NCBI GenBank assembly: GCA_002633005.1
Contig: NMRA01000036.1
Location: 596,713 to 660,712 of the forward strand
DNA length: 64,000 nt
DNA from: Phoronis australis
Lineage: Eukaryota; Animalia; Phoronida
Reading direction: 5' to 3'
This document shows, piece after piece, positions 62,184 through 64,000 of this stretch. The position numbers and the translations under genes were made by a program. The notes beneath the pieces were generated by a model, which did no database searches, had not been told where the DNA came from, and saw only the letters and a list, made by a program, of their open reading frames with translations. Position 1 is the stretch's first letter; each line of letters starts with the position of its first letter.

Positions 62184-62327
62184 CTGATAATCTGTGTGTT
62201 GAAGTTGCCTTCGTCCAAACTGAGAGTCGGTGCTGCTGACTGCTCCAGACCATACCAGAAGGTGAGAATAGCCAGGGTGATAGTAACCAGGCGGATGAGA
62301 ACAAACAGGACGTTCCACACTGTGAAC
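62184..62327 (-). CDS. TRAM1: TRAM exon (TLC domain)
   Basis: FTVWNVLFVLIRLVTITLAILTFWYGLEQSAAPTLSLDEGNFNTQIIR resembles TRAM1 FSLWAVLFVLGRLLTLILSVLTVGFGL...GNFNVLAVR; TGTAG acceptor, CAG|GTATCT donor, phase 2/2. Confidence 0.93.
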
Positions 62328-62485
62328 CTACACACATAAACACAGTGTGAACAAAGTGTGAACAGAATGTACACAATGTCTACCTGTGATGTGCACTGAA
62401 CACAGTTAAGTGACCATTGAATATTGAGTTGTCACAGTGTTTCAACACAGTTATGCAAACATGCAACATGAATGATCCTACTTAC

Positions 62486-62596
62486 AGCATGATGGCAATA
62501 TCGGTCTTTTCAGCAAAGTACAACAGTCTGGCAAGATGAAACAAAGCCTCTACCAGATAATGCAGTACCAGCATACAGAGGGCCACACGAGTGAAA
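62486..62596 (-). CDS. TRAM1: TRAM exon (TLC domain), absent from the ORF track; upstream exons not found in this window
   Basis: FTRVALCMLVLHYLVEALFHLARLLYFAEKTDIAIML resembles TRAM1 LVLLVLHYFVEFLFHISRLFYF; ATTTCAG acceptor, GTAAGT donor, phase 2/2. Confidence 0.92.
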
Positions 62597-62829
62597 CTGA
62601 AATGACATCAAGTAAACCGGGTGAATTTTATGACTGTTGTCTTAAAGCAAACAAACATTCATGTGGTACTTAGTTCTCTAGTCACACCGGCCAAATTTCA
62701 ATAACATCCTTTAAGGGGTTTAGTTGATACAGCTGCGGAAGCTGTACATTGGAACGCCCAGACAGAGATCACTGCAATATGCACCCACATATAACTATGT
62801 GGGCGCATAAAAATTGAGTCGTTAAAAAT

Positions 62830-63538
62830 GTTCTCCAACAGGAAAGTGACAATACTGTTCAAAATACCATTCAAGATGCAACCACGAAACCAAAGTGCAT
62901 GGCATTGCAGTGGAGTAGCACGTTCGGTTAAAAATGAAAATGGCAAACCACACGTCAGACAAGGATCTATCGTTGACGGAACAATATATACGGGAAAGTT
63001 TGAATGCTTGGACAGATTTGCAACAGAGTTGAATTCCAAAGCAATGCTGCAAATCATTGATTTGTTCAAACCCATCTTAACCCCTAATTTAATCAACTCC
63101 ACTGAAGATTGCATTAACACATCTGCAATAAAAATTGCCGATTTCTATGACGACATTAGTGCATCCACACCAGCATTCGAAATGCCAAGATTGAGAAGGC
63201 ACAGGGAAGCAGCTAGAATTCAAGAAGCACGTAAAGAATGGGACTCCGTTGGACGTAATTAAGTTCATTATTTTGCAAATAGCAGTTTCAGGGTTCAAAC
63301 TTCTCAAACTTTGTGATAGCCTAAAGTTGTTTCAGACAATCTGTGTACATGTGGCCTCCTGTGAAAGAAGTTTTTCTGACATAAAGCTCATTAAAACGTA
63401 TTTGAGATCTACAAGGGCCCAAACATGGCTATCAGATTTGGCAATTAAGTTAAAATCGAGTTGGCCCAAGACCTAGATATTAACACTGTCATTGAAAAAT
63501 TCGCGTTTGAGAAAATTAGGAAATTGCCATTTATGTGA
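62830..63538 (+). mobile_element. hAT transposase remnant (C-terminal dimerisation domain), antisense to TRAM
   Basis: LKLFQTICVHVASCERSFSDIKLIKTYLRSTRAQTWLSDLAI and LDINTVIEKFAFEKIRK; frameshifted. Confidence 0.9.
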
Positions 63539-64000
63539 AAAGCATGCTCGACCCATTATTACGAACTCTTACGGTAAAGTCGCGTGATTTTCGGACCAAG
63601 ATTAAATATTTCCGAAATGAGTTTTTCATAGTCCACGAAATTCGTACAAGGTCCAAAAACTGTTTTTTAATGATCTTCGAACTTCGGACAATGTCATAAA
63701 CGTCGGATTTTTGCCCCGCGACTTTCGGACAAGGAAAATTTTAGAAACGCTAATTTGGGATCGACGCAACTCCCGTGTCACTAAAGCGTTCAACGGATGA
63801 TTACTACTCTATAAGGCTTGAATCTGAGAATTGGTGTAACGGGCTTTGTAATTTTTACCTTGTCTTGACGATGTCATGACCGTTACTCGATTGTCTTGCG
63901 TTTAGCTTGTGTTTGGCGCTTTAGCTATGGAAAGAGTCACCGAGTCCCGCATGACGAAAATTTCTGATGAAAATACAAATGGGAAATACACCGAAGGCTG

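Noticed and set aside
42378-62596. Prdm-TRAM linkage as ancient synteny (human TRAM1 lies near PRDM14)
   Set aside because: The gene here is Prdm8-type, a different subfamily; likely coincidence without wider synteny data.

Overview
AT-rich, repeat-dense, intron-containing animal (probably marine invertebrate) genomic DNA with two N-gaps; no prokaryotic operons, rRNA or CRISPR are visible, and most entries in the ORF track are noise or transposon debris. Two host genes can be assembled exon by exon with phase-compatible GT-AG junctions: a Prdm8-family PR/SET zinc-finger gene (+, 42378-46445) and the last four coding exons of a TRAM1/2 translocon-associated membrane protein (-, 62596-58594), arranged convergently. 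The rest is mobile DNA: a decayed BEL/Pao LTR element, two RNase H-bearing LINEs (one split by a TTAA-flanked Kolobok-type insertion), a DIRS/Ngaro-like family (3 copies), Penelope-like and hAT remnants, a Helentron-type element and several MITE families. The most unusual structure is a 45-bp minisatellite in a TRAM intron that is an amplified copy of that gene's own exon/5' splice-site junction, with the GT lost in the distal homogeneous array but kept in three proximal copies. All family assignments come from motif recognition by eye, not from database searches.
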